From Candidatus Altiarchaeota archaeon (GTDB lineage Archaea; SpSt-1190; DYHY01): 45,085 nucleotides of DNA. The stretch covers positions 1 through 45,085 of the forward strand of contig JAUXGB010000001.1 of assembly GCA_030622515.1 (NCBI GenBank), read 5' to 3'. Shown here piece by piece: positions 9,017 to 17,492 of the stretch (its first letter is position 1; every line of letters starts with the position of its first letter). The position numbers and the translations under genes are program-made. The notes below the pieces were generated by a model, which did not search any database, was not told the origin of the DNA, and saw only the letters and a program-made list of their open reading frames with translations.

Positions 9017-10021
9017 TCACTCCATCTCCAGAAGCTCAACAACCCTCTGGTAACCTTCCCTCTCCGGGTTGGCGTCAAGCAGATGGCAGACATGGCCAAC
9101 AGGCTTCATAAACTCAGTTGTAAGCAAGCTGTTTGTCTGGTAGAATTCTTCAAGTGATTTGAAATCATCCGAGTTTGCCTTGCGATACTCCCTCAAGAGG
9201 AAATCATTGTTGTCCCTCGCCCTGCCCCTGAGGCTTTCGGGACGGATAAGTGCAACGTCAACCCGCTTTCCCCCAAGCCCTCTGATTTTCCCATAGATTT
9301 CTCCCTCATAGGGCTCAATATTTTTTCTTGATGCGGCGAATTCAGCAATCCCTGTTTCAGGATTCCTGAGAAATAGGCGCGTGTCAGGGAAATCTGTAAA
9401 CTTAACGCTGGCAACCAAGTCAGGCAGTTTTTTCCCGCCAATAATACAACTTATCTGGCCAAGGCAGTCTCCCCTGTTATCTGGTGAAATAATGTAAAAG
9501 TCAAGGTCGCCACCAGTGCAGAGCCGGTGCTTGCCCCATTCAGCACCCCTCTCAACAAGCAGGTAGTCATTTTCCTCAAGCATTTCTCCAACAGAACTGA
9601 ATACCTCGTCCTTAAGCTTCCTGACTTCTCCGCCCTTCCCTTTTATCCTATCATAACGCTTAAGAAACTTCTCCACAGCTTCGCTTTCACCCTCACCAAC
9701 AGCCCCAAGGTCAACTATGTATCCCCAGAGTTTTTCAGAAGCCCCAGGCCCTCCTGTGTGCGGGTAAGGCACCAAACCAACAAAGGTATACTTGCCAGCC
9801 TCAAGCTTTCCAATATTCTCCCTGACCTCAAAGTCGAAGCCAGCCGCCAGCTTCCCGATTCCAGCGTCAACCCCCCTTAGCTTTAAGTTTGGCAGCTGCC
9901 TGTAATTTATTCGCGTTCTTTCAAGAGCTGGGAGTTTTGAATCCTGTATTGAAACCTCCGCCTTCTCCCCTGAAGGTGAGAGAACTGTTCCTACAAGATG
10001 TTCCGGTCCCTTCATCTTCAT
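9017..10021 (-). CDS. Hypothetical protein with Pol-beta-type nucleotidyltransferase-like motifs
   Basis: LLVERGAEW...GGDLDFYII (hG[SA]...DxD) and a downstream RVDVALI third Asp. Confidence 0.5.
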   Translation of the reverse strand: MKMKGPEHLVGTVLSPSGEKAEVSIQDSKLPALERTRINYRQLPNLKLRGVDAGIGKLAAGFDFEVRENIGKLEAGKYTFVGLVPYPHTGGPGASEKLWGYIVDLGAVGEGESEAVEKFLKRYDRIKGKGGEVRKLKDEVFSSVGEMLEENDYLLVERGAEWGKHRLCTGGDLDFYIISPDNRGDCLGQISCIIGGKKLPDLVASVKFTDFPDTRLFLRNPETGIAEFAASRKNIEPYEGEIYGKIRGLGGKRVDVALIRPESLRGRARDNNDFLLREYRKANSDDFKSLEEFYQTNSLLTTEFMKPVGHVCHLLDANPEREGYQRVVELLEME

Positions 10022-10137
10022 CCCTACATAACCACCTTCCAGTGCTACCTTATAAAACTTGCTTGATTCTTAGGGAATACCTTTTTAAACCCCCACCCTA
10101 GAAGTTAGGAATTATCCGAAAAGGGGCAAGACTCAAA

Positions 10138-10800
10138 ATGGTAAAAAAAGGAGACTTCATCGAGGTAAGTTACACTGGAAAAATCAAGGGAACTGGTGAG
10201 ATTTTCGACCTGACAGACGAGAAGCTTGCCAAGGAAAAGAAGATTTGGAACAAAAACGCGTTCTACGGCCCTATCCCCATGATAATTGGCGCAGGCCACA
10301 TGCTGCCCGCGCTTGAGGAAGCCTTTATCAAGATGAAGGTCGGGCAGAAGAAGACCGTTATGGTCGAGGGGGCAAAGGCCTTTGGGGAGAGGAAGAAGGA
10401 AAGGCTTCAGGTCATTCCTGAGAAACTCTTCAGGAGCCAGAAGGTTGACCCAAAAGTCGGCATGATGGTTAATGTCGGCCAGATGATAGGAAAGGTGCAA
10501 AGCGTTTCAGGCGGAAGAATTACAGTTGATTTCAACCACCCGCTCGCCGGCAAGACTCTCGAGTACGAAATCAAGATAGAGAAGCAGGTTGAAAAGCTTG
10601 AGGAGCAGGTGCTTGGCCTAATCAGGTACCATCTCAAGACCTCCAAGGACTTCGGTATCAAGGTGAAGAAGGATGCGGTAGAAGTTAGCCTGCCAAAAGG
10701 GATGCTGGTTGAGCCAAGAGGCATGAAACAGGTCGCAGATGACGCTCTTGCCCACTTGAAAATCAAAACTATTAAATTCACATACACCTTTGAGAAATGA
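10138..10800 (+). CDS. slyD: FKBP-type peptidyl-prolyl cis-trans isomerase (long archaeal SlyD type)
   Basis: GDFIEVSYTGK, AFGER, ITVDFNHPLAGKTL. Confidence 0.93.
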   Translation: MVKKGDFIEVSYTGKIKGTGEIFDLTDEKLAKEKKIWNKNAFYGPIPMIIGAGHMLPALEEAFIKMKVGQKKTVMVEGAKAFGERKKERLQVIPEKLFRSQKVDPKVGMMVNVGQMIGKVQSVSGGRITVDFNHPLAGKTLEYEIKIEKQVEKLEEQVLGLIRYHLKTSKDFGIKVKKDAVEVSLPKGMLVEPRGMKQVADDALAHLKIKTIKFTYTFEK

Positions 10801-10819
10801 GATACGGGGGAAGTACAAA

Positions 10820-11956
10820 ATGAAAGGACTTATCGGTTCGGTTCGTGAAAAGGCGTCTGGTCACCACACAGGTACAGACACAGAATTAGAGGAGATACTC
10901 AGGCAGCACAAGGCTGTTATTCGGGTAGTTGGAATTGGAGGTTCCGGAAACAATTCAATCCTGAGAATGATGGAAGTCGGCATTGAAGGGGCTGAAATGA
11001 TAGCGATTAACACTGACGCCCAGGACCTGCTTAAGGTAAAGGGGGCCCAAAAGGTCCTCATCGGGAAAGACATAACAGGCGGCCTTGGAGCCGGCGCAGA
11101 CCCGACAATTGGCGAGCAGGCAGCTCGCGAGAACGAGCAGGACATCAAGGAGGCCCTTATGGGAACTGACCTGACCTTTATCACCTGCGGCCTTGGCGGA
11201 GGAACAGGAACGGGCGGAGCCCCGGTAGTTGCCGAGGTTTCAAAGAAGCTCGGAGCCCTGACAATTGGAATAGTCACCCTGCCTTTCGAGATGGAAGGAC
11301 ATGCAAGGTGGAACAACGCGGTCATGGGTCTCTCCAAGCTTGAGACAGTTGTTGACACCCTGATTGTCATCCCAAACGACAAGCTGCTCCAGTTGGTTCC
11401 TGACATACCAATCTCAACAGCGTTCAAGGTCGCGGACGAAATCCTTGTCAACGCGGTTAAGGGAATCACTGAACTGATTACCAAGCCGGGATTAATCAAC
11501 CTCGACTTTGCAGATGTCAAGGCAGTCATGCTGTCTGGCGGGGTTGCCCTCATCGGCCTTGGCGAGAGCGATACGGAGAACCGTGCCATGGAGTCTGTTA
11601 CAAAAGCAATCAACTCCCCGCTTCTTGATGTTGATATCACCGGGGCAAAGGGAGCCTTGATTAATGTCATTGGCGGACCAGACATGACGCTTGACGAGTC
11701 GCGAAACATCGTCTCAATAGTCACGGACAAGCTTGACCCTGAGGCAAGGGTAATCTGGGGTGCCCAGATTGACGAATCCCTCAAGCAGACCGTTCGCGTG
11801 CTCCTCATCGTGACAGGCGTCCAGTCGGCCCAGATAACCGGCAGGGAAAAGCTGATGGAAGACAAGCGAAGGACAAGGATGGAAAAAGAACTCGGCATCG
11901 AGTTTGTTTCAGTAGAGGAGACCGGCCTTGAGAAACCGATTAAACGACTATCTTAG
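10820..11956 (+). CDS. ftsZ: Cell division protein FtsZ (FtsZ1 context)
   Basis: VVGIGGSGNN, INTDAQ, GLGGGTGTG signature, INLDFADV; upstream of secE-spt5. Confidence 0.98.
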   Translation: MKGLIGSVREKASGHHTGTDTELEEILRQHKAVIRVVGIGGSGNNSILRMMEVGIEGAEMIAINTDAQDLLKVKGAQKVLIGKDITGGLGAGADPTIGEQAARENEQDIKEALMGTDLTFITCGLGGGTGTGGAPVVAEVSKKLGALTIGIVTLPFEMEGHARWNNAVMGLSKLETVVDTLIVIPNDKLLQLVPDIPISTAFKVADEILVNAVKGITELITKPGLINLDFADVKAVMLSGGVALIGLGESDTENRAMESVTKAINSPLLDVDITGAKGALINVIGGPDMTLDESRNIVSIVTDKLDPEARVIWGAQIDESLKQTVRVLLIVTGVQSAQITGREKLMEDKRRTRMEKELGIEFVSVEETGLEKPIKRLS

Positions 11957-12089
11957 AGTCCTCAGCATTGCACGCCGTCCGACAAAAGAGGAATTTGTTA
12001 GGATAGTTCAGCTGACAGGAATAGGCATACTTGCAATCGGCATGCTTGGCTTTGCAATAAACATTGTCTTCCAGCTGATTGGACTGTGA
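11928..12089 (+). CDS. secE: Protein translocase subunit SecE/Sec61-gamma (53 aa, not in ORF track)
   Basis: Translated by hand: (M)RNRLNDYLRVLSIARRPTKEEFVRIVQLTGIGILAIGMLGFAINIVFQLIGL. TTG start after GAGGAG; conserved ftsZ-secE-spt5-rpl11 order. Confidence 0.93.
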   Translation: MRNRLNDYLRVLSIARRPTKEEFVRIVQLTGIGILAIGMLGFAINIVFQLIGL

Positions 12090-12100
12090 AGGTGAAAAAA

Positions 12101-12568
12101 ATGAGCGTGATTTACGCAATAAGAACGACAGTAGGAAGGGAAGAGACCGTCCTCGAAAACATAGACTTAGCGCTGGCGAAAAAAGATTTTCAGGTGAAAG
12201 CCATAATCCTCCCGAAGGAAATCAAGGGATATGTAATTGCGGAAGCGGGTTCAATTTCTGATTTGGAAGAGGCTATCCACGGCGTAAACCACGTGCGAGG
12301 CTTGGTCCGCAAACCCCTGACCATTGAGGAAATCAAGCACTTCCTGATTGCCAAGCCGGCGAAGATGAAGATAGACAAAGGCGACATTATCGAGCTTGTC
12401 AGCGGGCCTTTCAAGGGCGAAAAAGCGAAGGTGACAAGAGTTGACAAGACGAAAAGGGAAGTGACAGTTGAACTGATTGAGGCTGCCGTGCCCATTCCCG
12501 TAACAGTCGCGGTCGAATCCATCCGGGTTGTCCAGCACATTAACGAGGAGAAGCCCAAACCTTCCTAA
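12101..12568 (+). CDS. spt5: Transcription elongation factor Spt5/NusG
   Basis: IYAIRTTVGRE NGN domain, KGYVIAEA, KOW motif GDIIELVSGPFKGEKAKV; AGGTGA SD upstream. Confidence 0.96.
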   Translation: MSVIYAIRTTVGREETVLENIDLALAKKDFQVKAIILPKEIKGYVIAEAGSISDLEEAIHGVNHVRGLVRKPLTIEEIKHFLIAKPAKMKIDKGDIIELVSGPFKGEKAKVTRVDKTKREVTVELIEAAVPIPVTVAVESIRVVQHINEEKPKPS

Positions 12569-12600
12569 ACTTTTTTAAAGGGTGTCAAGGAATTGTCCCT

Positions 12601-13083
12601 ATGGCAGATACCAAGATTAAGCTTCTGATAAAGGGCGGAAAGGCAACAGCAGGCCCGCCTCTGGGACCAGCGGTCGCCCCAATGGGTGTAAATGTTGGCC
12701 AGATTGTTGCAAAGCTCAACGCTGACACAAAGAAATACTCAGGCCTGACCGTCCCGGTTACCCTAATCGTCCACAGCGACAAGACCTTCGACATCGATAT
12801 CGGCTCGCCGCCAGTGTCTGCCCTAATCAAGAAAGAGCTCGGCCTTGAGAAAGGCGCAAAGGGCGAGCAGGGCAAAGGGCAGGAAACAGCCGGGGACCTC
12901 CCCCTTAACAAAATCATCAAAATCGCAAAAGAAAAGGAATCCACCCTTCAGGCAAACACTTTCGAATCAGCTGTCAAGCAGATTATCGGCACCTGCAAGT
13001 CAATGGGTGTAACAATTGACGGGCAGGACCCGAAGGACATGATAAACGCAATCAACAGCGGAGAAGTTTCTGTTTCGAAATAG
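12601..13083 (+). CDS. rpl11: 50S ribosomal protein uL11
   Basis: GGKATAGPPLGPA, PPVSALIKK, GTCKSMGV. Confidence 0.97.
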   Translation: MADTKIKLLIKGGKATAGPPLGPAVAPMGVNVGQIVAKLNADTKKYSGLTVPVTLIVHSDKTFDIDIGSPPVSALIKKELGLEKGAKGEQGKGQETAGDLPLNKIIKIAKEKESTLQANTFESAVKQIIGTCKSMGVTIDGQDPKDMINAINSGEVSVSK

Positions 13084-13614
13084 CTAGGGCGTCACCCGCG
13101 TGAACTGGAAGTAGGTAACATCCCCTTCCCCGTCGACAACCCCGAGCCAAAGCCTCTTTTTCACAGAGTGGGCAAGCCTCACAAACCTTGAAATCTCAGT
13201 AATAGTGTACTTTTCCCCCTCGGCAACACCATGCGCCAGGAACTTGGCATGCTCCCACGGCTGGCGGGCCCCTCTCTTCGGGCGAACGCCTCTCTCATAG
13301 ACACGAAAGTGAGTGCCATACTTCAACCCGCTCCTCACGACAAGGCCCCTGTCGCGCAGGTCCCGATAGACCTGATACCGAATAAAAATCTCAGGATAGA
13401 TTTTCCTAAAGACCCTGAACAGCTTCTCGAAATCAATTCTCTTCCTACCCTCGAAGACCTCAAGCCTCTCCTTCTTCAGCAGGAACAGCGCTTCCTCAGG
13501 AGCAAGGTAAAGGCCGTCGTCCCTCACCGACCCGAATCCGCTCTTCTGGAAAAGCTCCCCAAACTCCTTAACCACAATCTTGTCTCCTAAGAGTTCCCCT
13601 TTCAGCTTTTCCAA
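13084..13614 (-). CDS. endA: tRNA-intron splicing endonuclease (single-unit alpha-type catalytic subunit)
   Basis: VYRDLRDRG, SGLKYGTHFRVY (Tyr), EH (His), RLAHSVKK (Lys). TTG start at 13614 after AGGTGA preferred over 13701. Confidence 0.92.
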   Translation of the reverse strand: MEKLKGELLGDKIVVKEFGELFQKSGFGSVRDDGLYLAPEEALFLLKKERLEVFEGRKRIDFEKLFRVFRKIYPEIFIRYQVYRDLRDRGLVVRSGLKYGTHFRVYERGVRPKRGARQPWEHAKFLAHGVAEGEKYTITEISRFVRLAHSVKKRLWLGVVDGEGDVTYFQFTRVTP

Positions 13615-13618
13615 AAAA

Positions 13619-13996
13619 TCACCTGACCAGAAATGTCTCCTTAACTGTCTTAAACTTCTTCGACTTGGAATCATACTTGACATACCCCTTCTCAACCGCA
13701 CCCCTCAGCCTCAGGAGAAGGGTCTCCCTCAAGGGTTCGTCAATATTTCTCGTCTCCCTAAGATACCTGTTAATCTCTTCAACAGTTGAAAAGTCCCCCA
13801 ATTCCTTCAGTGCCATGCAGGCAGTCAGCTCCCTCTCGCTCAGGGCAGGTTCCACACGCTCAACCTTCTCCTCCCTTCGCTCAACCCTGGCAACAGTCCT
13901 GCTTTCAAGCAACTCAACCTTCCGTCTCAGCTGTTCATGCGCCTGCCAAAGCTGCTGAACCTTCCTTATCCAGTACTCATCATAACTGTCAGCCAT
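13619..13996 (-). CDS. Coiled-coil plus C-terminal winged-helix protein (putative DNA-binding)
   Basis: N-terminal heptads (VQQLWQAHEQLRRKVELLE), then LSERE...STVEEINRYL...LRGAVEKGYVKYD wing. TATA-like TTTAAT 28 nt upstream of ATG 13996. Confidence 0.6.
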   Translation of the reverse strand: MADSYDEYWIRKVQQLWQAHEQLRRKVELLESRTVARVERREEKVERVEPALSERELTACMALKELGDFSTVEEINRYLRETRNIDEPLRETLLLRLRGAVEKGYVKYDSKSKKFKTVKETFLVR

Positions 13997-14068
13997 GGGG
14001 AATGAGAACCCCTCAGGGATTAAATTCTTTACCAAAAAGCCTATATCCCGACATGGCATCAACCAGCT

Positions 14069-14329
14069 ATGGAGCTCCTTGCCGTCGCCCTCTTCCTTGT
14101 CGGCCTCTCCCTCTTCGGGATGGAGGCTGCCGCGCCAGGACTCTACCTCTCGGCCCTAGGAATTGGCGCTATCGCCGGCTCAATAATCCTCTTCCTCACC
14201 TCCAGCCCCCAACTCGCTCTCCTCTCACTAGGGCTCTTTACCCTCCTATCGGCCATTTACACGAGGAAAAAGCAGCAGCAACAGCCAAAAAAGCTGGCCA
14301 AGAGGGGAAAAAGAAGGAAAGGCCGATAA
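14069..14329 (+). CDS. Small NfeD-like membrane protein without the OB domain, with basic tail
   Basis: GMEAAAPGLYLSALGIG matches the NfeD 'E...PG' TM motif; 3 TM helices. Confidence 0.6.
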   Translation: MELLAVALFLVGLSLFGMEAAAPGLYLSALGIGAIAGSIILFLTSSPQLALLSLGLFTLLSAIYTRKKQQQQPKKLAKRGKRRKGR

Positions 14330-14407
14330 TCTGGCCAAAAGGGTGGGAGAGGGAAGGCTTCCCTAAATGTCCCACCAGCCACGCCCGAAATGGACTTTAT
14401 ATCGGCC
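14321..14407 (-). ncRNA. Candidate multi-helix structured RNA or 3' element
   Basis: Nested inverted repeats GGCCGATA/TATCGGCC, TGGC/GCCA, GGTGGGA/TCCCACC, AGGGAA/TTCCCT. The mismatches resolve as G-U on the minus strand. Confidence 0.4.
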
Positions 14408-14540
14408 ATTTGCTAGAGTTTTGATAATTCTTCTTCCTAACCTGTCCCAAATACCACCTCACCGACTCCATCCTGCTCCGCCCCCCATGCCGGGAGCAAA
14501 AGCCTGAGTACCATAAGTTGAAATCCTGAAATCCTTCCAT
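14397..14540 (-). CDS. Possible 47-aa small protein
   Basis: MEGFQDFNLWYSGFCSRHGGRSRMESVRWYLGQVRKKNYQNSSKWPI fills an otherwise empty gap; weak TATA-like box about 29 nt upstream. Confidence 0.35.
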   Translation of the reverse strand: MEGFQDFNLWYSGFCSRHGGRSRMESVRWYLGQVRKKNYQNSSKWPI

Positions 14541-14632
14541 AACTTACAACCCCCCTTATCCCATCTATACCCTCTCAAGCCTCCCTGCCACTAAACAAAA
14601 CCAATATATTCCCCTCTCTATCCTACACCCCC

Positions 14633-15181
14633 ATGCCAAAGAACACCTCCTTTTTCGACAAGCTCATCTATGAGATAAAGGACTGGGCACTCTGGATAGG
14701 GGTTGCCATTATTGTCGCCACAATTATCGGAAACGTCCTTGCCATCTTCCTTGGCAATCAGACCCCGCTGGTGGCTGTAATGAGCGGAAGCATGGTTCAC
14801 GACCCTGCGAGCATCCCAAAGCACTATGCCTGGCTTGAGGCCAAGGGATTTTCCCAAGGACAAATCAACGCCTTCCCCTTCCCGAACGGCTTCAACAAGG
14901 GAGACGTCCTAATCATATTTGGCGCAGAAGACCCGACCATTGGCGAGGTAATAGTCTTCCATGTCCCCAACTCCAACTACCCGATAATTCACAGGATTGT
15001 TGAAAAGCAGGAGTCAGGAAACATAACACTATACAGGACAAAAGGAGATCACAATCCTGGCCTTGACCCATGGCTTACGCCGGAGACAGCAATAGAGGGC
15101 AAGGCAGTCCTGAAAGTCCCAATCGTAGGTTTTATAAAGGTAATACCGATTGAGATGTGGAATAGCATAGTGAGAAGATAG
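14633..15181 (+). CDS. sec11: Signal peptidase I (S26B, Sec11 type)
   Basis: N-terminal TM, VMSGSM (Ser), IIHRI (His), TKGDHN. Confidence 0.92.
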   Translation: MPKNTSFFDKLIYEIKDWALWIGVAIIVATIIGNVLAIFLGNQTPLVAVMSGSMVHDPASIPKHYAWLEAKGFSQGQINAFPFPNGFNKGDVLIIFGAEDPTIGEVIVFHVPNSNYPIIHRIVEKQESGNITLYRTKGDHNPGLDPWLTPETAIEGKAVLKVPIVGFIKVIPIEMWNSIVRR

Positions 15182-15182
15182 C

Positions 15183-15518
15183 ATGAAATTCTGCAAAAAG
15201 TGCGGCGGCCTGATGTTTCCCGTAAAGAAAACATCCACCTCTGTCCACCTTAAGTGCAGGAAATGCGCCGCCAAGCAGGTCACCCCCCTTGAAAAATCCT
15301 CCTTTGTAACAAAGATTGAATTCAGCCACCAGGTATCAATCCCCCTCATCGACGCCGAGGAGGAGATGAAGAAAGTTTCCGTAATAAATGTCGAATGCCC
15401 AAAATGCCACAATATCGGCGCCATGTGGTGGATGGTCCAGACCCGAAGCGGCGACGAGCCGGCAACAAGGTTCTACCGCTGCGCAAAATGCAGGCACACC
15501 TGGCGCGAAGGCCACTAA
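15183..15518 (+). CDS. tfs: Transcription factor S
   Basis: Two Zn ribbons and the QTRSGDEPATRFYRC acidic hairpin. Confidence 0.95.
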   Translation: MKFCKKCGGLMFPVKKTSTSVHLKCRKCAAKQVTPLEKSSFVTKIEFSHQVSIPLIDAEEEMKKVSVINVECPKCHNIGAMWWMVQTRSGDEPATRFYRCAKCRHTWREGH

Positions 15519-16615
15519 AGCGTAAACCCGTAGGCGTCTTCTACAAGGCCACTCCCATGCCTAACCTGTTCCATTGAGATTTCTTTTCCCCCCCTCTTGA
15601 ACGAGAAGTCAATCACCTTGGTGAAATATTCGTCATAATGAAACTTCCCAATCGACTGGATAATGAACCTTGAAGAAGCGTAAGATTTCATCAAGAGGGA
15701 CAGTTCCCCTCCCCGGGTGTGCAGGAACCACCTGTCCCCCGCTTTTTTAATCTCAAAATTCTCAAAATCAAACCTCTTTCCCCTGCGGTCAGTGAAACGT
15801 AGGGTGGGTTTTATCCTGTACTTCACCCCAAGAAAATCCAACTGGGGCAGAAAATACTCAACAACCGAGCCATCCCTGAAATGGACCCATCCCCATCTCC
15901 ACGGGAGGAACGGGGTCGTAACAATTACTTTTTGCACGAGAGAAACGCCGGATATCTTTTTTGAATTCAGCATCCCTTTGAAGTCTAAATAGAGGTTGAC
16001 AAGTTCAAATCCCAAAGGACCGACAAATACATTATCGAAGTCATATTTTCTCTTCTTCTTCGCTTCGTGAAATTTCAAATCACCTATCTTTTTCTTCCCT
16101 TTGTAAATCTTCAGTGAATAGTTCGGATAGCTGCCCTCGAACCGGAAAATCGGCGAATGAATCCGATTCTTTTCAATCTTAACATCGTGCCTGACTTCCG
16201 CAACATCATACTTCTTTCCGTCAAAGAACCAGCAGGCGATTCCCGGTTTTTTGTCAAGCCTTATGCCCCTGTTACTCTTGGCTTTTGAGCTATACTTCAT
16301 GAACATGAAAACCAACTGACGCGAAAGTCCCGGTTCGACCGAGTCAAGATGCATAAACCAATACTCCTTTGTGAAAGGCGGCAGGTTCTCGTACTTGAAA
16401 AACATCTCGTCAATCGCCTTTCTCTTATCCCTAACAACCCAGTACTTGAACGCTTCGAATCTCTTCTTTATCTTTCTGGCAGACTCCATAGCAGTCCTGC
16501 TTGCAGGCCCAAACAATAACCTCTCAAATTCAGGATGCATCCTCTTGAATTTCTTTCTAAACTCCGAACCGAGTAGCCGGTCCAGTGTCCTTCTCCGCTT
16601 GGCCATTAATTTCAT
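15515..16615 (-). CDS. Hypothetical beta-rich protein, possibly AttH/tocopherol-cyclase-like fold
   Basis: KEYWFMH and PWRWGWVHFRDGS patterns with alternating beta-strand composition. Fold assignment is tentative. Confidence 0.45.
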   Translation of the reverse strand: MKLMAKRRRTLDRLLGSEFRKKFKRMHPEFERLLFGPASRTAMESARKIKKRFEAFKYWVVRDKRKAIDEMFFKYENLPPFTKEYWFMHLDSVEPGLSRQLVFMFMKYSSKAKSNRGIRLDKKPGIACWFFDGKKYDVAEVRHDVKIEKNRIHSPIFRFEGSYPNYSLKIYKGKKKIGDLKFHEAKKKRKYDFDNVFVGPLGFELVNLYLDFKGMLNSKKISGVSLVQKVIVTTPFLPWRWGWVHFRDGSVVEYFLPQLDFLGVKYRIKPTLRFTDRRGKRFDFENFEIKKAGDRWFLHTRGGELSLLMKSYASSRFIIQSIGKFHYDEYFTKVIDFSFKRGGKEISMEQVRHGSGLVEDAYGFTL

Positions 16616-16644
16616 CTACAAAATCCACCTATAAAACCATATCC

Positions 16645-17406
16645 CTAGAATAACATCAAGCTAACAGCCATAACTGCCATCCCGATGATTATCCCTACAA
16701 TGGACAAATGACCTGATTTGTCATACTCAAAGGAAACAGGAAGCAGTTCATCAAAACTAATGAACACCATTATTCCTGCGACAAACGCAAGACTGAGCGA
16801 AAGCACGACAGGACTGAGGAACGGCATGAGAATCAGGAATCCAATGACCGCCCCAACCGGCTCGGCAAGCCCTGAGAGAAGGGAGAGCCAGAACGCCTTT
16901 GCCCTGCTCTTTGTTGCATAATAAATTGGCATTGAGACAGCAATCCCCTCAGGAATATTGTGTATTGCAATAGCAATTGCAAGGGAAATGCCCAAGGAAG
17001 GGCTTTGCAGTGAACTCATGAAGACGGCAAGCCCCTCAGGGAAGTTGTGAATAGCTATCCCAATCACAGTAAAAACCCCTGCCGCCATAAGTCTCCTGTT
17101 CTTCCTGTCAACCTTAACGTGCTCCTCAATATACTCATGAGGGACAAGAAAGTCAATAGCAGCAATAAAGACAATGCCGACAAAAAAAGCAAGGTTGCCC
17201 AAGCCAAACCCAACGCTCTCGATAGAAGATGCCAGAAGCTCTGCGAAGGAGACATAAATCATAACGCCGGCAGAAAACCCAAGGGCAAGGCAGAGATAGC
17301 ATTTTTTGAAATCCTTTATGAAGAAGGAAATAAGGCTTCCAATCCCTGTCGAAAGCCCTGCAAGAGTTGTGAGCAGCAGCGGCATCCAAATCTGCTCAAG
17401 ATTCAT
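16645..17406 (-). CDS. zupT: ZIP-family zinc transporter ZupT
   Basis: SAGVMIYVSF, HNFPEG, HNIPEG, SGLAEP, DELLP. Confidence 0.95.
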   Translation of the reverse strand: MNLEQIWMPLLLTTLAGLSTGIGSLISFFIKDFKKCYLCLALGFSAGVMIYVSFAELLASSIESVGFGLGNLAFFVGIVFIAAIDFLVPHEYIEEHVKVDRKNRRLMAAGVFTVIGIAIHNFPEGLAVFMSSLQSPSLGISLAIAIAIHNIPEGIAVSMPIYYATKSRAKAFWLSLLSGLAEPVGAVIGFLILMPFLSPVVLSLSLAFVAGIMVFISFDELLPVSFEYDKSGHLSIVGIIIGMAVMAVSLMLF

Positions 17407-17492
17407 TCAGAAACTATTCCAAAGCATCATTTATACATTTGCAGTGGAAACCCACCCCTAACCCTTTTAAACCCCCCAATTCCCCTCTAACC

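Noticed and set aside
10042..10048. GTGCTAC, the reverse complement of the candidate NikR half-site, upstream of the NTase-like gene
   Set aside because: A single 7-mer with no partner half-site is expected by chance in 45 kb.
10861..11898. 345-aa antisense ORF
   Set aside because: It is the shadow of ftsZ on the opposite strand, with Ser/Pro/Thr-rich non-protein-like composition.
14321..14407. Possible tRNA or RNase P/SRP fragment (closing stem, AAAGUCC)
   Set aside because: There is no T-loop (GTTCRA), no cloverleaf spacing and no RNase P or SRP conserved core. Kept only as an unclassified structure.
13786..14424. 212-aa plus-strand ORF
   Set aside because: Pro/Arg-rich and overlaps two better-supported genes that have their own TATA boxes.
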